Origin: a virus
Lineage: Duplodnaviria; Caudoviricetes
Length of the DNA stretch: 35,519 nt
IMG/VR virus record: IMGVR_UViG_3300048886_000464
Span: 1-35,519 of that record
Reading direction: 5' to 3' (one strand)
In this document: positions 17,541 through 26,503 of the stretch, in pieces
Numbering within the stretch: the stretch's first letter is position 1
Layout: each line of letters begins with the position of its first letter
The notes under the pieces: model-generated
The model's database searches: none
What the model was told of the DNA's origin: nothing
The model's input: only the letters and a program-made list of their open reading frames with translations
Made by a program: the position numbers and the translations under genes

Positions 17541-19578
17541 TCTCTTCCTCATAATCCCATTCACCCTGCTTATTGTTCCCTGTGGGAGAATAATTTGCGC
17601 TGGGGTTTTTAGAGGGGCCGTCAGCTGCTTTATATGTTGGCCCCATACCAAAGGTAGCTTTCTGAACATGCGTTACACCCGTAGAATGTAGGTCTGCAAT
17701 ATAATCTACTCCATCTTGACTAAACCACATCTTCTTCCCGTCATCAGATACCTGTTTAATCAGAGGCGTTAGATATCCTTTAGATATAATGCCCTCTACC
17801 CAATTTTTAGGTGTTTTTGTGGGGTCATCATCAGATTTTCTAGCATCCGCATACTCATCCAACTCCTCAATACTCCTTTCCTTCTTGCTACCCATATCAT
17901 TATAGAGGTAATTTTTATCTTGCGCCCCTTTCAAAGGAGCAAAATTCATGTTCTGCATGGGCATAGGGGGCAAAGGCTGCGCTCCCTCCCCCTCACCCCC
18001 ACCAGGGGCAGCACCTACCCGTCCAGGGGCTTGATTTACGCCCTCAGGAGCAGCAGGAGGCTGTCCTGGCTGTTGTCCTGCTTGAGCCTGCTGTTCCATC
18101 ATTTGTTGCTGCATCTGCATTTGTTCCATCTGTTGTTTTTGCTGGTCTATAGCCATATCCATCTGTTCACCCTGTTTCTCCATCATATTAACAGGTTTAC
18201 CAAATATCATGAACTCAGCATCTTCTACAGGTACGCCATCATCCTTTAACCTAACTTCAAAACCTAAGGCAATGAACTGATTTGCAATTTGAGCCTTCTG
18301 TTGCGAGAAGCTAATACGAGTAGCTTCCGCTTTTTCCTCAGGATTGGGCAGTTTAAGCCCCCAATCAGTTACTCCAAAAGCTTCTAACAATTGCGGGAAT
18401 ATTTTCTCATGATATAACCTTTGGTCACCTTCAACTACCCTACTCATAACAACTAATTGCTGAGTTTGAGTAGATAATCCACCAAAAGCTTCAGGTGCCC
18501 CCTGCCAAGCAGGAGTTACGCCCCACATAGCTGCTATCCGTTCCCGTATTTCACCCCTCACGGGCAAATAATCCATTTCATTTAGTGTATGGAATAACCG
18601 TACCATATCTACCCTACCTCTATTATTACGAGAGGATACCGCTACCATAGGTATATAGTTAGGGTCAAGGCGTGTCTGTGCAGCAATTTGTTGACGTTCC
18701 CTTCGCAAAGATTCAGGGTCATCTGTAAATACCATCATCATGGACGCTGGCATTTTCCGTTCAAAAAAGTATCTATATAGGTTTTTATCCATTCCAATCA
18801 ATGTCAAAGCTTTTTCAAAAATTGTTAGGATTGGACTCCATCCATATGTCTCACTAGGAGAGAATTTAGACAAGTGTATAACTTCCCCATCTAAAAGGAA
18901 AAGATGTTGATTACGATGGTAATATTTATACATTACCGCCTGTAATGGTATATCACAGTCTTTTTGTTCACAATCACCAGGGTCTTCCTTTACCTCGTCT
19001 CGATGAATAGGACAAAGAAAATGAGCATTTTTTGGTAACCCCGCAGCATCCAAATCAAATTCAACTAAAGCAGGATTTAAACGACGAATTTCATTTACCT
19101 TTGACCGCATCCCACCATCATCTGTTTTCTTATATTCTTTAACCAGATACAAAAAAGCGTCATCAATAGCATTTAAATCAAAATGGAATTGACGCATTAC
19201 TTCTTCTAGAGATTGGTCAAAAATGTTACAGTCATCAAGGAATTTTTGTAGTCTAACTCGTTGTTCTTGGTCAGGCTTTTCAACTAGCGGTACCCACTCA
19301 AGTCCCCGCCTAAATACTTCATTCGTTATGTGTTGTAGAGGAGAACGTACTTCTTCAATTGAATATGCCAACATCTGTAAGTCCATTACAAGTTGTTGGC
19401 GATAAGCCATTTGATGGCGTACCCATGTATTAACTACATGGTCTAGACCAATAGTGGGAGCACGGCCTGTCTCGCCTCCATTAGACTTCATTAAATCTAA
19501 GAAATTTATCTGTTCATTTAGATTAATGACAGTTTGAGCTAATTTAGGTACCTCAGGTAGATATTCCGATAGTCTCAT
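17521..19578 (-). CDS. Portal protein
   Basis: EVIHLSKFSPSETYGWSPILT, NLYRYFFERKMPASMM and IRERIAAMWGVTPAWQG are HK97-family portal motifs; position downstream of the terminase. Confidence 0.88.
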   Translation of the reverse strand: MRLSEYLPEVPKLAQTVINLNEQINFLDLMKSNGGETGRAPTIGLDHVVNTWVRHQMAYRQQLVMDLQMLAYSIEEVRSPLQHITNEVFRRGLEWVPLVEKPDQEQRVRLQKFLDDCNIFDQSLEEVMRQFHFDLNAIDDAFLYLVKEYKKTDDGGMRSKVNEIRRLNPALVEFDLDAAGLPKNAHFLCPIHRDEVKEDPGDCEQKDCDIPLQAVMYKYYHRNQHLFLLDGEVIHLSKFSPSETYGWSPILTIFEKALTLIGMDKNLYRYFFERKMPASMMMVFTDDPESLRRERQQIAAQTRLDPNYIPMVAVSSRNNRGRVDMVRLFHTLNEMDYLPVRGEIRERIAAMWGVTPAWQGAPEAFGGLSTQTQQLVVMSRVVEGDQRLYHEKIFPQLLEAFGVTDWGLKLPNPEEKAEATRISFSQQKAQIANQFIALGFEVRLKDDGVPVEDAEFMIFGKPVNMMEKQGEQMDMAIDQQKQQMEQMQMQQQMMEQQAQAGQQPGQPPAAPEGVNQAPGRVGAAPGGGEGEGAQPLPPMPMQNMNFAPLKGAQDKNYLYNDMGSKKERSIEELDEYADARKSDDDPTKTPKNWVEGIISKGYLTPLIKQVSDDGKKMWFSQDGVDYIADLHSTGVTHVQKATFGMGPTYKAADGPSKNPSANYSPTGNNKQGEWDYEEENENEPS

Positions 19579-19581
19579 ATA

Positions 19582-20007
19582 TTAATCCTTTGTCAAGTTC
19601 TCTATATCTGACATACTAGTAAGTTTTAGCATCGTCTGCATTGCCATTTCCTTTAGCAAAAAACTTTCAGATTTATTTATGTGCTGAATTTCCTCAGTAG
19701 TGGTGCTGATATTTTTTTCAAGGTCTAGAATCTGTTCTCGTAAAGCTAAATTTTCATCTTCTAAAGCTGTATGCCCCTCAAAGGCAGCATTTTGCAACAC
19801 CCCCAATCGAGCAGCCTCTTTTACAATAGCAATGAAAGCACCTTCTGTTATCACGGTAACAGATTTACTGTTATCATCTACTTCATCTTCTGGCCCCATA
19901 TTAGCTAAGTCTTCATGCCACGTATCCAAAATACGCCAAGTGTGAGTCACTTCATCCCGATTAGCTGTATATTGGACTTCCCTATCTTTTAGAAACATTC
20001 CTACCAT
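19582..20007 (-). CDS. Hypothetical protein with a coiled coil (141 aa)
   Basis: AGGAGG RBS; first gene after the putative promoter. Confidence 0.75.
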   Translation of the reverse strand: MVGMFLKDREVQYTANRDEVTHTWRILDTWHEDLANMGPEDEVDDNSKSVTVITEGAFIAIVKEAARLGVLQNAAFEGHTALEDENLALREQILDLEKNISTTTEEIQHINKSESFLLKEMAMQTMLKLTSMSDIENLTKD

Positions 20008-20034
20008 AATTGTCCTCCTACTACACTTCTCTTC

Positions 20035-20067
20035 TATATTATACTACTAAATATGAATTTTTTACGA
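20035..20067 (-). promoter_or_regulatory. Putative late promoter for the portal operon
   Basis: TCGTAAAAAATTCATATTTAGTAGTATAATATA; same layout as 10893-10925. Confidence 0.65.
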
Positions 20068-21903
20068 AATCTTACACGCACTCCATCCACAGACTTTACA
20101 AGTTTCACAACCACTTTCTTGAATAATCAACGGAGATTCGCAATCACATTTAGAAATTTCACCTTCTAAATGCCCTGTCACCAGCACTTCTTTCTCTCTA
20201 CTGCCATTACGATAAACTGTAATTCCTTTACATCCTGTCTCCCAAGCTGCCATATAGGCTTCAAACACATCTTCTAACGTGGCTTCAGACGCAAAATTAA
20301 TGGTCTTAGATATGCCAGCATCCACATATTGTTGGAAACGAGATTGCATCAAAACATGGTCTTCGGGAGAAATGTCTTGAGCCGTTACATAAACGCCTTT
20401 GGCCCAATCAGGCACATCATCACGTTCCTGTAAAGAGCCACCAGATGCCAAATGAAGCATGAGGTCTTCAGAATAGAAACCAGCTTCTTTCGCATCTTCC
20501 TCAAAAGTAGTATTAATATAAAATAAGGTCTGACCCTCCAAAATATTTTGCTTGCGCCATGCCAAAGCAAACAAAGGTTCAATTCCACTTGTACACCCCG
20601 CAATCATAGAAATAGTGCCCGTAGGGGCTACCGTCAAACGACAAGCGTTTCTATAATTCTCTTGTATCTTATAACTACTTTGTTCCCAAGCGGGGAAAGT
20701 TCCTCTAATAGCACCTAATTCTAAAGATTTCACACTTGCCATCTGATTAATAAACCGCATAATCTCATCCCCAACTTCTCGCGCCTCTTCAGAATTATAT
20801 GGAATTTTTAATTTAATCAATAAATCAGCAAAACCCATAACACCCAATCCGATTTTCCTTGTTGCCCTAGTCATTTGTTTAATTTCAGGAATACTATAAT
20901 CATTCGCATCAATCACATTATCTAGAAAATGTACAGCATTACGCACTACATGTTGTAGTCTATCCCAATCAATATGGGCTTCCCACTTCCCAGGCCCAGA
21001 ATATGGATGTACAAATTTTACAAGATTTATGGAGCCTAAATTACAGCTTTCATACCCTAAAAGAGGTTGTTCTCCACAAGGATTAGTGGCAATCATATCC
21101 CCATATTCTTCGCCAACTTTATTATCTGCATTAATCCTATCAAGGAACACCATCCCAGGTTCTCCATTACGCCATGCCCCTTGAACAATCTTTAAAAAGA
21201 CTTCCCTAGCATTTAGGGAACCAGAAGGAAGGCCTGTCTTGGGGTCATTCACCGCATAATCCTGCCCCAATTTAACAGAATTCATAAATGCCGAATCAAC
21301 CGCAACTGAAATATTAAAATTATGGATATCTCCTTCATATTGCTTACATTCAATAAAGGAGAGAATATCTGGATGCCTTACACTCATTACAGCCATGTTA
21401 GCCCCATCACGCTTCCCACCTTGAGTAATCATACTAGATACCCTAGACAGAGTTTTAAGCACCTCTATGGGGCCACAGGCTACACCATGAGTGGATTGAA
21501 TTTTAGACCCTTTTGGCCTAATTTTAGACAGAGAAAAGCCTGTGCCACCACCGAATTTCTGTACCATAGCAGCATCCGTAGCAGACTTCATAATCTGTTC
21601 CATACTATCTTCCAACGGCAAAACAAAACAGGCTGACAAAGTACCTTGCGCTGTCCCTGCATTCATTAAGGTAGGAGAATTAGGTAAGAATTCCAGATTC
21701 CACATCATATCAAAGAAATTCTGTTCTAATTGAGCTATATGCTGAGGTAATGCCTCATAATGACCATCAACTTTAGCGATGGCACGGGCCACGCGCCCAA
21801 AAAGTTCTGGTGAGTTCTCTGTAGGATTCCCATCTACATCTTTAAGAAAATATCGGTGTGCCAAAATCGTTTCTGCTTGCTCAGAAATGTGCGTGTCAAT
21901 CAA
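20062..21903 (-). CDS. nrdJ: Class II (adenosylcobalamin-dependent) ribonucleotide reductase
   Basis: FLPNSPTLMNAG, LSACFV, TNPCGEQ, CNLGSINL, APTGTIS, SGIEP, KGITVYR and C-terminal ESGCETCKVCGWSAC. No ATP cone and no beta subunit in the window. Start probably TTG 21903, just after the terminase stop (track: 21984). Confidence 0.9.
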   Translation of the reverse strand: MIDTHISEQAETILAHRYFLKDVDGNPTENSPELFGRVARAIAKVDGHYEALPQHIAQLEQNFFDMMWNLEFLPNSPTLMNAGTAQGTLSACFVLPLEDSMEQIMKSATDAAMVQKFGGGTGFSLSKIRPKGSKIQSTHGVACGPIEVLKTLSRVSSMITQGGKRDGANMAVMSVRHPDILSFIECKQYEGDIHNFNISVAVDSAFMNSVKLGQDYAVNDPKTGLPSGSLNAREVFLKIVQGAWRNGEPGMVFLDRINADNKVGEEYGDMIATNPCGEQPLLGYESCNLGSINLVKFVHPYSGPGKWEAHIDWDRLQHVVRNAVHFLDNVIDANDYSIPEIKQMTRATRKIGLGVMGFADLLIKLKIPYNSEEAREVGDEIMRFINQMASVKSLELGAIRGTFPAWEQSSYKIQENYRNACRLTVAPTGTISMIAGCTSGIEPLFALAWRKQNILEGQTLFYINTTFEEDAKEAGFYSEDLMLHLASGGSLQERDDVPDWAKGVYVTAQDISPEDHVLMQSRFQQYVDAGISKTINFASEATLEDVFEAYMAAWETGCKGITVYRNGSREKEVLVTGHLEGEISKCDCESPLIIQESGCETCKVCGWSACKIS

Positions 21904-21907
21904 TCTC

Positions 21908-23587
21908 CTACCCCCTATGTCCACAAAATATACAAAGTTTACGTTCAGGAACCCAAAATTCAGGCTTGCAAATAATTTCATCACAAGATGGGTTTGGGCA
22001 ATCTGCCATCGTTAAATCTGGGTTCATTGTCCTAGTATAATCCATTGAGATGCCTCCTGGCAACGCCATTTCCTTAACTGGGTCAAGGTCAGGCTCCAAT
22101 AGAGCGGGTGGTTCTCCTGTTTCCTTCATTTCTGCTGGGTCTTCTGGGTCAAGGAATCCTTGTAGATTCCCTAAATGAGTAATTCCAAAGCGTCCCGTTT
22201 CCCAAGAAGCTAATAAGGCCATGCCAATCGAAAAGAAGGCATCGCCGTGTCCCATAGGAGTTTCAGGAGCCTTGAGTTCATTACTCACTGTTAAAATTTG
22301 CTGTTTTTGCCTCTCATCTTTCAACAATTTAAGTTTGCCAGAAAGAACATACTGTTCAAAAATCTGTGCCATTGTGTTTTTAGATTTAACAGTAAAGGTT
22401 AATGGGTGCCATCTATGGTCAAGACCCCTATCTTCCAACTCTCCCCTGGTATTATCTACATATCCTTTATCTATGTCGAAATTCTCAGCTACCTCATTTA
22501 AGAATTCTATTTGGTCTGAGTAATTCCAACCATCTAACCAAGATTGATGTAGTTGACGGCATGTGTCACCAACCCTCTCAAATATCACTAGGTGTGAGGG
22601 GTGACGTTTTTTACCAACGTCAAACCCTGCAAAAACAAAGGAGTCTTCTGGTTTCCTATACTTGCGCGTTGTGGGAATGGCTCGTAAAGTCTCATCTTCA
22701 CAACTCACAATGTCTTCTTCATTAAAGTAAGCTTCAGTAGCAAAGTGGGGAACCAACAAAAACTCAGACGCAAAGGATTTAGGCCTAGCTTTTTGTTGTT
22801 GCAGTAGCCAATCCTCATTGTACAACTCAGGCATTAGCACCCTACGCCCAGGAACGGGGTCAAGGGCTGGCAACACTCTAGACAAGAAACGGTCATCTTT
22901 CTGTAGGTTAGCAAGCAAATCTCCAGGCATCATAGGAGTACCTAGAACAATAACGGGAACACCTTTCAAAGGAATGAACAAAGACTCCGTTAAGAAATGG
23001 TCTTCCACTTTGGTTACCTGTCCAATATTCAATGGGTTTTCAGGGTCACGAAGAATATCATCTGCAATTAATGCACCGTTCACATGCATACCCCGCTTAA
23101 ATGAAAAAAGACCCCCATGCATAATGGTCATAGGTTTATTATTAATGTGATATCTAGCAGAGAAATCTGCTTTAGGGGTACGGTTATCCATCCAGTCTAC
23201 TAGTTGGGGGTTTCTAGCAATGGCCTTATTAATCTCAGAAATGTGATAACGAGCCATACCATCACTATAAGATAAATACAAGACAGAACAGTCTCTAGGG
23301 GCCGTTAAGAGCCTCCATACGCTAAAGGCATGTCCCAATAGAGTACTTTTAAAGTGGAACCGTGGGAGAATAGCACAATAATTTAACCCTTCTTGTAGAC
23401 ACTGTTCAATATCATCTGCCACCACCCCAACATGCCAAGCCTTAAAATATTCAGGATTATCAAAACTTTGTGACCAAATATTAACCAGAAATTCATGGAA
23501 TGACCCTACCTTAGCCTTCCCAGACGTTAGTAATCCTGTAGCTAATCTATCAAATGCATCATTAAAAGTAGTTATGTCTTGTGTCAT
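21908..23587 (-). CDS. terL: Terminase large subunit
   Basis: Walker A variant LPRFHFKST, Walker B LIADDIL, coupling motif VLGTP, nuclease motifs GFDVG and HGDAFFS. Confidence 0.9.
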   Translation of the reverse strand: MTQDITTFNDAFDRLATGLLTSGKAKVGSFHEFLVNIWSQSFDNPEYFKAWHVGVVADDIEQCLQEGLNYCAILPRFHFKSTLLGHAFSVWRLLTAPRDCSVLYLSYSDGMARYHISEINKAIARNPQLVDWMDNRTPKADFSARYHINNKPMTIMHGGLFSFKRGMHVNGALIADDILRDPENPLNIGQVTKVEDHFLTESLFIPLKGVPVIVLGTPMMPGDLLANLQKDDRFLSRVLPALDPVPGRRVLMPELYNEDWLLQQQKARPKSFASEFLLVPHFATEAYFNEEDIVSCEDETLRAIPTTRKYRKPEDSFVFAGFDVGKKRHPSHLVIFERVGDTCRQLHQSWLDGWNYSDQIEFLNEVAENFDIDKGYVDNTRGELEDRGLDHRWHPLTFTVKSKNTMAQIFEQYVLSGKLKLLKDERQKQQILTVSNELKAPETPMGHGDAFFSIGMALLASWETGRFGITHLGNLQGFLDPEDPAEMKETGEPPALLEPDLDPVKEMALPGGISMDYTRTMNPDLTMADCPNPSCDEIICKPEFWVPERKLCIFCGHRG

Positions 23588-24093
23588 GAAAGCGAAGACT
23601 CCTCAGTTTGTATTAATCCCTTTAGTCGCCCTGCTATTTTCTTTAAAGTGGCTTCATCATTGATTTCTTCTACTAACACACTTAAAACATTCTGTACAAA
23701 CTGAAGATTAATCATGCCTTTAATGACTTCTCGTTCCCCTTTCATACTCATGTCTAATGCTTTAGCAGCATCAAAGGCTTTATCAAAATTTAAGTGTTCT
23801 AATTCATGCCCCGCTTTATGACGCATGGATTCGTATGTATCCAAATGTTCTCGTTGAGTTCTAATAAAGCGTTGGCCTTCAGTCTCTTTAATTTTCTCTA
23901 GAGCTTCCACACGTATTTCAGATTGTTGTATACCCCAATCTCCTTCTCTTGCCCACATATAAATAGTGGAGGGCTTCACATCAATAGCAAAATTTTCCCA
24001 TAGTACCTCTGTAATTTCTCTGGCTGACTTATCCCCTTTAATATAAAGAGCTAATGCCTTATCTTTAATGTCAGGTGGAAATTGTTTTGGCAT
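23584..24093 (-). CDS. terS: Probable terminase small subunit
   Basis: N-terminal HTH (SAREITEVL...VKPSTIYMWAREGDW), helical body, ATGA overlap with terL. Confidence 0.7.
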   Translation of the reverse strand: MPKQFPPDIKDKALALYIKGDKSAREITEVLWENFAIDVKPSTIYMWAREGDWGIQQSEIRVEALEKIKETEGQRFIRTQREHLDTYESMRHKAGHELEHLNFDKAFDAAKALDMSMKGEREVIKGMINLQFVQNVLSVLVEEINDEATLKKIAGRLKGLIQTEESSLS

Positions 24094-24094
24094 T

Positions 24095-24577
24095 TTAATA
24101 CTCCCTTATATTCGGGGGCCGCAAGCCCCGTCTAGGTGCCCTATCGTCGCTACCCCAGTTAGAGGGGATGTCAAAGGATGGGTCTTCAGGATGTTGCGAT
24201 TCGATGCTACCTCCATATGGGGAGCCGTCTGATTGCAATAACCCTGCGAAACTTAAATTCCCTGTTTTTCTAACTGCTGAGGTAAAACACTCTGGCTTAC
24301 CTCCTGCATACTTCAGGCCTATTTCGCCTCTTTTACACAAACCTCTCCATACGCCTGCATCTTTGCCTAGCGGTTGATACCCTTTCTTCTTTAATAGTGT
24401 CCCAGTAGTCCGTTGAATATTTTCATATTGAGCATTATATTTACACCCAAAATAATCACACCAAACAACTACCCCATACTTATCCCTAAATTCATCTGCT
24501 GTCATATCTTGCGGTAATTTGTCTTGATACTCTACACTCGTTTCAGTCTGCCCTTTCATATAAAATGATAAACTCAT
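24095..24577 (-). CDS. Hypothetical protein with four Cys (possible metal binding)
   Basis: WCDYFGCKYN...GLCKR...PECF; coupled by overlap to ruvC. Confidence 0.65.
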   Translation of the reverse strand: MSLSFYMKGQTETSVEYQDKLPQDMTADEFRDKYGVVVWCDYFGCKYNAQYENIQRTTGTLLKKKGYQPLGKDAGVWRGLCKRGEIGLKYAGGKPECFTSAVRKTGNLSFAGLLQSDGSPYGGSIESQHPEDPSFDIPSNWGSDDRAPRRGLRPPNIREY

Positions 24578-25056
24578 ATGTCCTCCCCTGTAATCTCATT
24601 TCTACTCCACAAAGCTACACACGCTGCATCAGCCCAATCTTGCTCTGTGAAAGTTGTGTGCCAAAAAATATTAGCGTACTTTAGAATGTCCTCTTTAGAG
24701 GCATTCCCTCTGCCCACAGTATACTTCTTCCATGTTTTATTTTGTACTAAATTACAATCTAAGTTATGTAACGCACATATAAACTTAGTTGCATACACTA
24801 CCGCCGCAATCTGCATGGTAGTGCGTGGATTTTGAATAAAAATGGGGGCTTCCACAGCCACCCATAAGGGAGTATACCTTTCTATTATTATACCCAGTTC
24901 TTCATAAAATTTAATTAAAAAATCGACAAATCTAGCATCAAAATCCTTAATTGGAGAAATCCATTTTATTGTTTCTTGCAAGACCCCCTCATGATTAATG
25001 ATGGTACCATGTACTCCTTTACTAGAGCAATCTAATCCTAAATAATATCTATCCAT
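24574..25056 (-). CDS. ruvC: RuvC-like Holliday junction resolvase
   Basis: YLGLDCS, VAVEAP, WKKYTVGRGNASKEDI, DWADA. Confidence 0.85.
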   Translation of the reverse strand: MDRYYLGLDCSSKGVHGTIINHEGVLQETIKWISPIKDFDARFVDFLIKFYEELGIIIERYTPLWVAVEAPIFIQNPRTTMQIAAVVYATKFICALHNLDCNLVQNKTWKKYTVGRGNASKEDILKYANIFWHTTFTEQDWADAACVALWSRNEITGEDI

Positions 25057-25549
25057 ACGATACTCCTGGGGATATACGAAGAGCTACAATACGTGAAACT
25101 GTATGATATGCAGAAGTATAAGCACTAAGTACACCCGCCATTTTAACATGCGTTGCTTCTTGTTCAATAATTTCCCGACTTAACTCACGTAACTGAGGGT
25201 AATTCGTTAATGCTGCCCCACGCACCTCATCTCTAGTGAACTTCTTTTTCCCTTCAGATTCTCTATCCTCTGCCATTTTATATCCCGCAGTTGCATACCC
25301 CTCATCAAAAGCTGCTTTTAACGCATTTTTAGCGGCTTCAATGTCAGCTACCCTAGATTCTAAATAAGCTTTATACCCACCATATAACGTTAGAAACTCT
25401 TCCAAAGTTTTAGCATCTGCATTCATAAGATTGGCAAATTCTAAGTTAGGTTGTTCACTTAAATCCGTTTTAAACGGGGGAACCATTAAATCATCAATGA
25501 CTCTATTCGCTTTCCCCAATGCTTTCATTGGAGTCCATTTCTCTACCAT
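25049..25549 (-). CDS. Helical/coiled-coil protein, possibly a UvsY-like recombination mediator
   Basis: AAGGAGG 6 nt before ATG 25549; long helices; sits in the recA/nuclease cluster. The function is a guess. Confidence 0.5.
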   Translation of the reverse strand: MVEKWTPMKALGKANRVIDDLMVPPFKTDLSEQPNLEFANLMNADAKTLEEFLTLYGGYKAYLESRVADIEAAKNALKAAFDEGYATAGYKMAEDRESEGKKKFTRDEVRGAALTNYPQLRELSREIIEQEATHVKMAGVLSAYTSAYHTVSRIVALRISPGVSYG

Positions 25550-26234
25550 CTTCATCCTCCTTATACTTTCTACACGCACACCATACTGCCCCCGTACATT
25601 GGTCTGGTAACTCCGTAGCTTCTTGGATTTGAGTGCATCTCTTAACTAATGCATTCCATTCTTTTGCACTTCGGCTTACTTTAAAAGCCTTCAACTTCTG
25701 GTCATTTTTATTTTCATATAAGACAATGCCATAGGCTTTATCTAATAATTGTAGATAAATCTGTAGCTGAAGAGCATGTTCTGGCTTAGGCTTACTATAT
25801 AAATTTTTAAACCCTTTATCATTAATAGATTTTAATTCCAGCACAATTTCTGAATGCTCTTCATGAGCCAATAAAAAGTCAGCCCTTCCTGAAATAGGGG
25901 GAGAATCGCATTTGACCACAATTTCTCGCCCTCTTAAAATACCCATTTGCTCAAAGTATTTAGTCATACGGTCTTCTAAAGACGAACCCGTGTCAAAAAT
26001 ACGTTGAGTAGTACTAGCAATCTCTTGTTGTGGAAGCTTCCCTCTAAAAGCTAAATAGAGATATCTATCACATTCATTGCCTACCATAGAAGGATAAAAC
26101 ACTCCCACTCGATTACTATTTTGTTGATAGCCCAAGTTATCTTCAAACATTTTAAGTAGCCATTTATCTTGATTAGATGTACGGCTACGAGTTTTTGTTT
26201 CTACTTGTTGGTTAAGTTGTCTAATGCCTGCCAT
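25503..26234 (-). CDS. Cas4/RecB-like PD-(D/E)XK exonuclease
   Basis: FYPSMVGNECDR, ISGRADF, LELKS, QLQIY and C-terminal C-x5-CAC (one plus three Cys arrangement). Confidence 0.85.
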   Translation of the reverse strand: MAGIRQLNQQVETKTRSRTSNQDKWLLKMFEDNLGYQQNSNRVGVFYPSMVGNECDRYLYLAFRGKLPQQEIASTTQRIFDTGSSLEDRMTKYFEQMGILRGREIVVKCDSPPISGRADFLLAHEEHSEIVLELKSINDKGFKNLYSKPKPEHALQLQIYLQLLDKAYGIVLYENKNDQKLKAFKVSRSAKEWNALVKRCTQIQEATELPDQCTGAVWCACRKYKEDEDGREMDSNESIGESE

Positions 26235-26503
26235 AATGTATCTTTTACCCCTTGTTTAGTAGTATCTTTAATATGCAACACATTCTCTACCCCAAAGATT
26301 CTCATAATTTCAGAATCCCTATATGCATCCCTCTTTCTTAAATGCCCATACACCCCATCTGCTTCAATAATAAGCCCCAACTCAGGAACAAAGAAATCAG
26401 CAGTATATTGGTTAATGGGCACCTGTTGGTCATAGCGTAACCCTAACTCTGACAGCTGGTCTGCGATAAGATTTTCTTGCTTAGTATAATCTCTAGGCAA
26501 CAT
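26201..26503 (-). CDS. DUF559/Vsr-like endonuclease
   Basis: QQVPINQYTADFFVPELGLIIEADGVYGH...DAYRD. Confidence 0.8.
   Translation of the reverse strand: MLPRDYTKQENLIADQLSELGLRYDQQVPINQYTADFFVPELGLIIEADGVYGHLRKRDAYRDSEIMRIFGVENVLHIKDTTKQGVKDTLWQALDNLTNK

Noticed and set aside
17541-17669. Track N-terminal extensions creating long overlaps (1485 aa ORF; also nrdJ to 21984 and protease to 6967)
   Set aside because: Downstream starts with better RBS or stop-start coupling exist, so the extensions look like longest-ORF artefacts.
25503-26234. Cas4-like gene as part of a CRISPR-Cas system
   Set aside because: Stand-alone Cas4-like nucleases are common in phage replication modules; there is no array or other cas gene.
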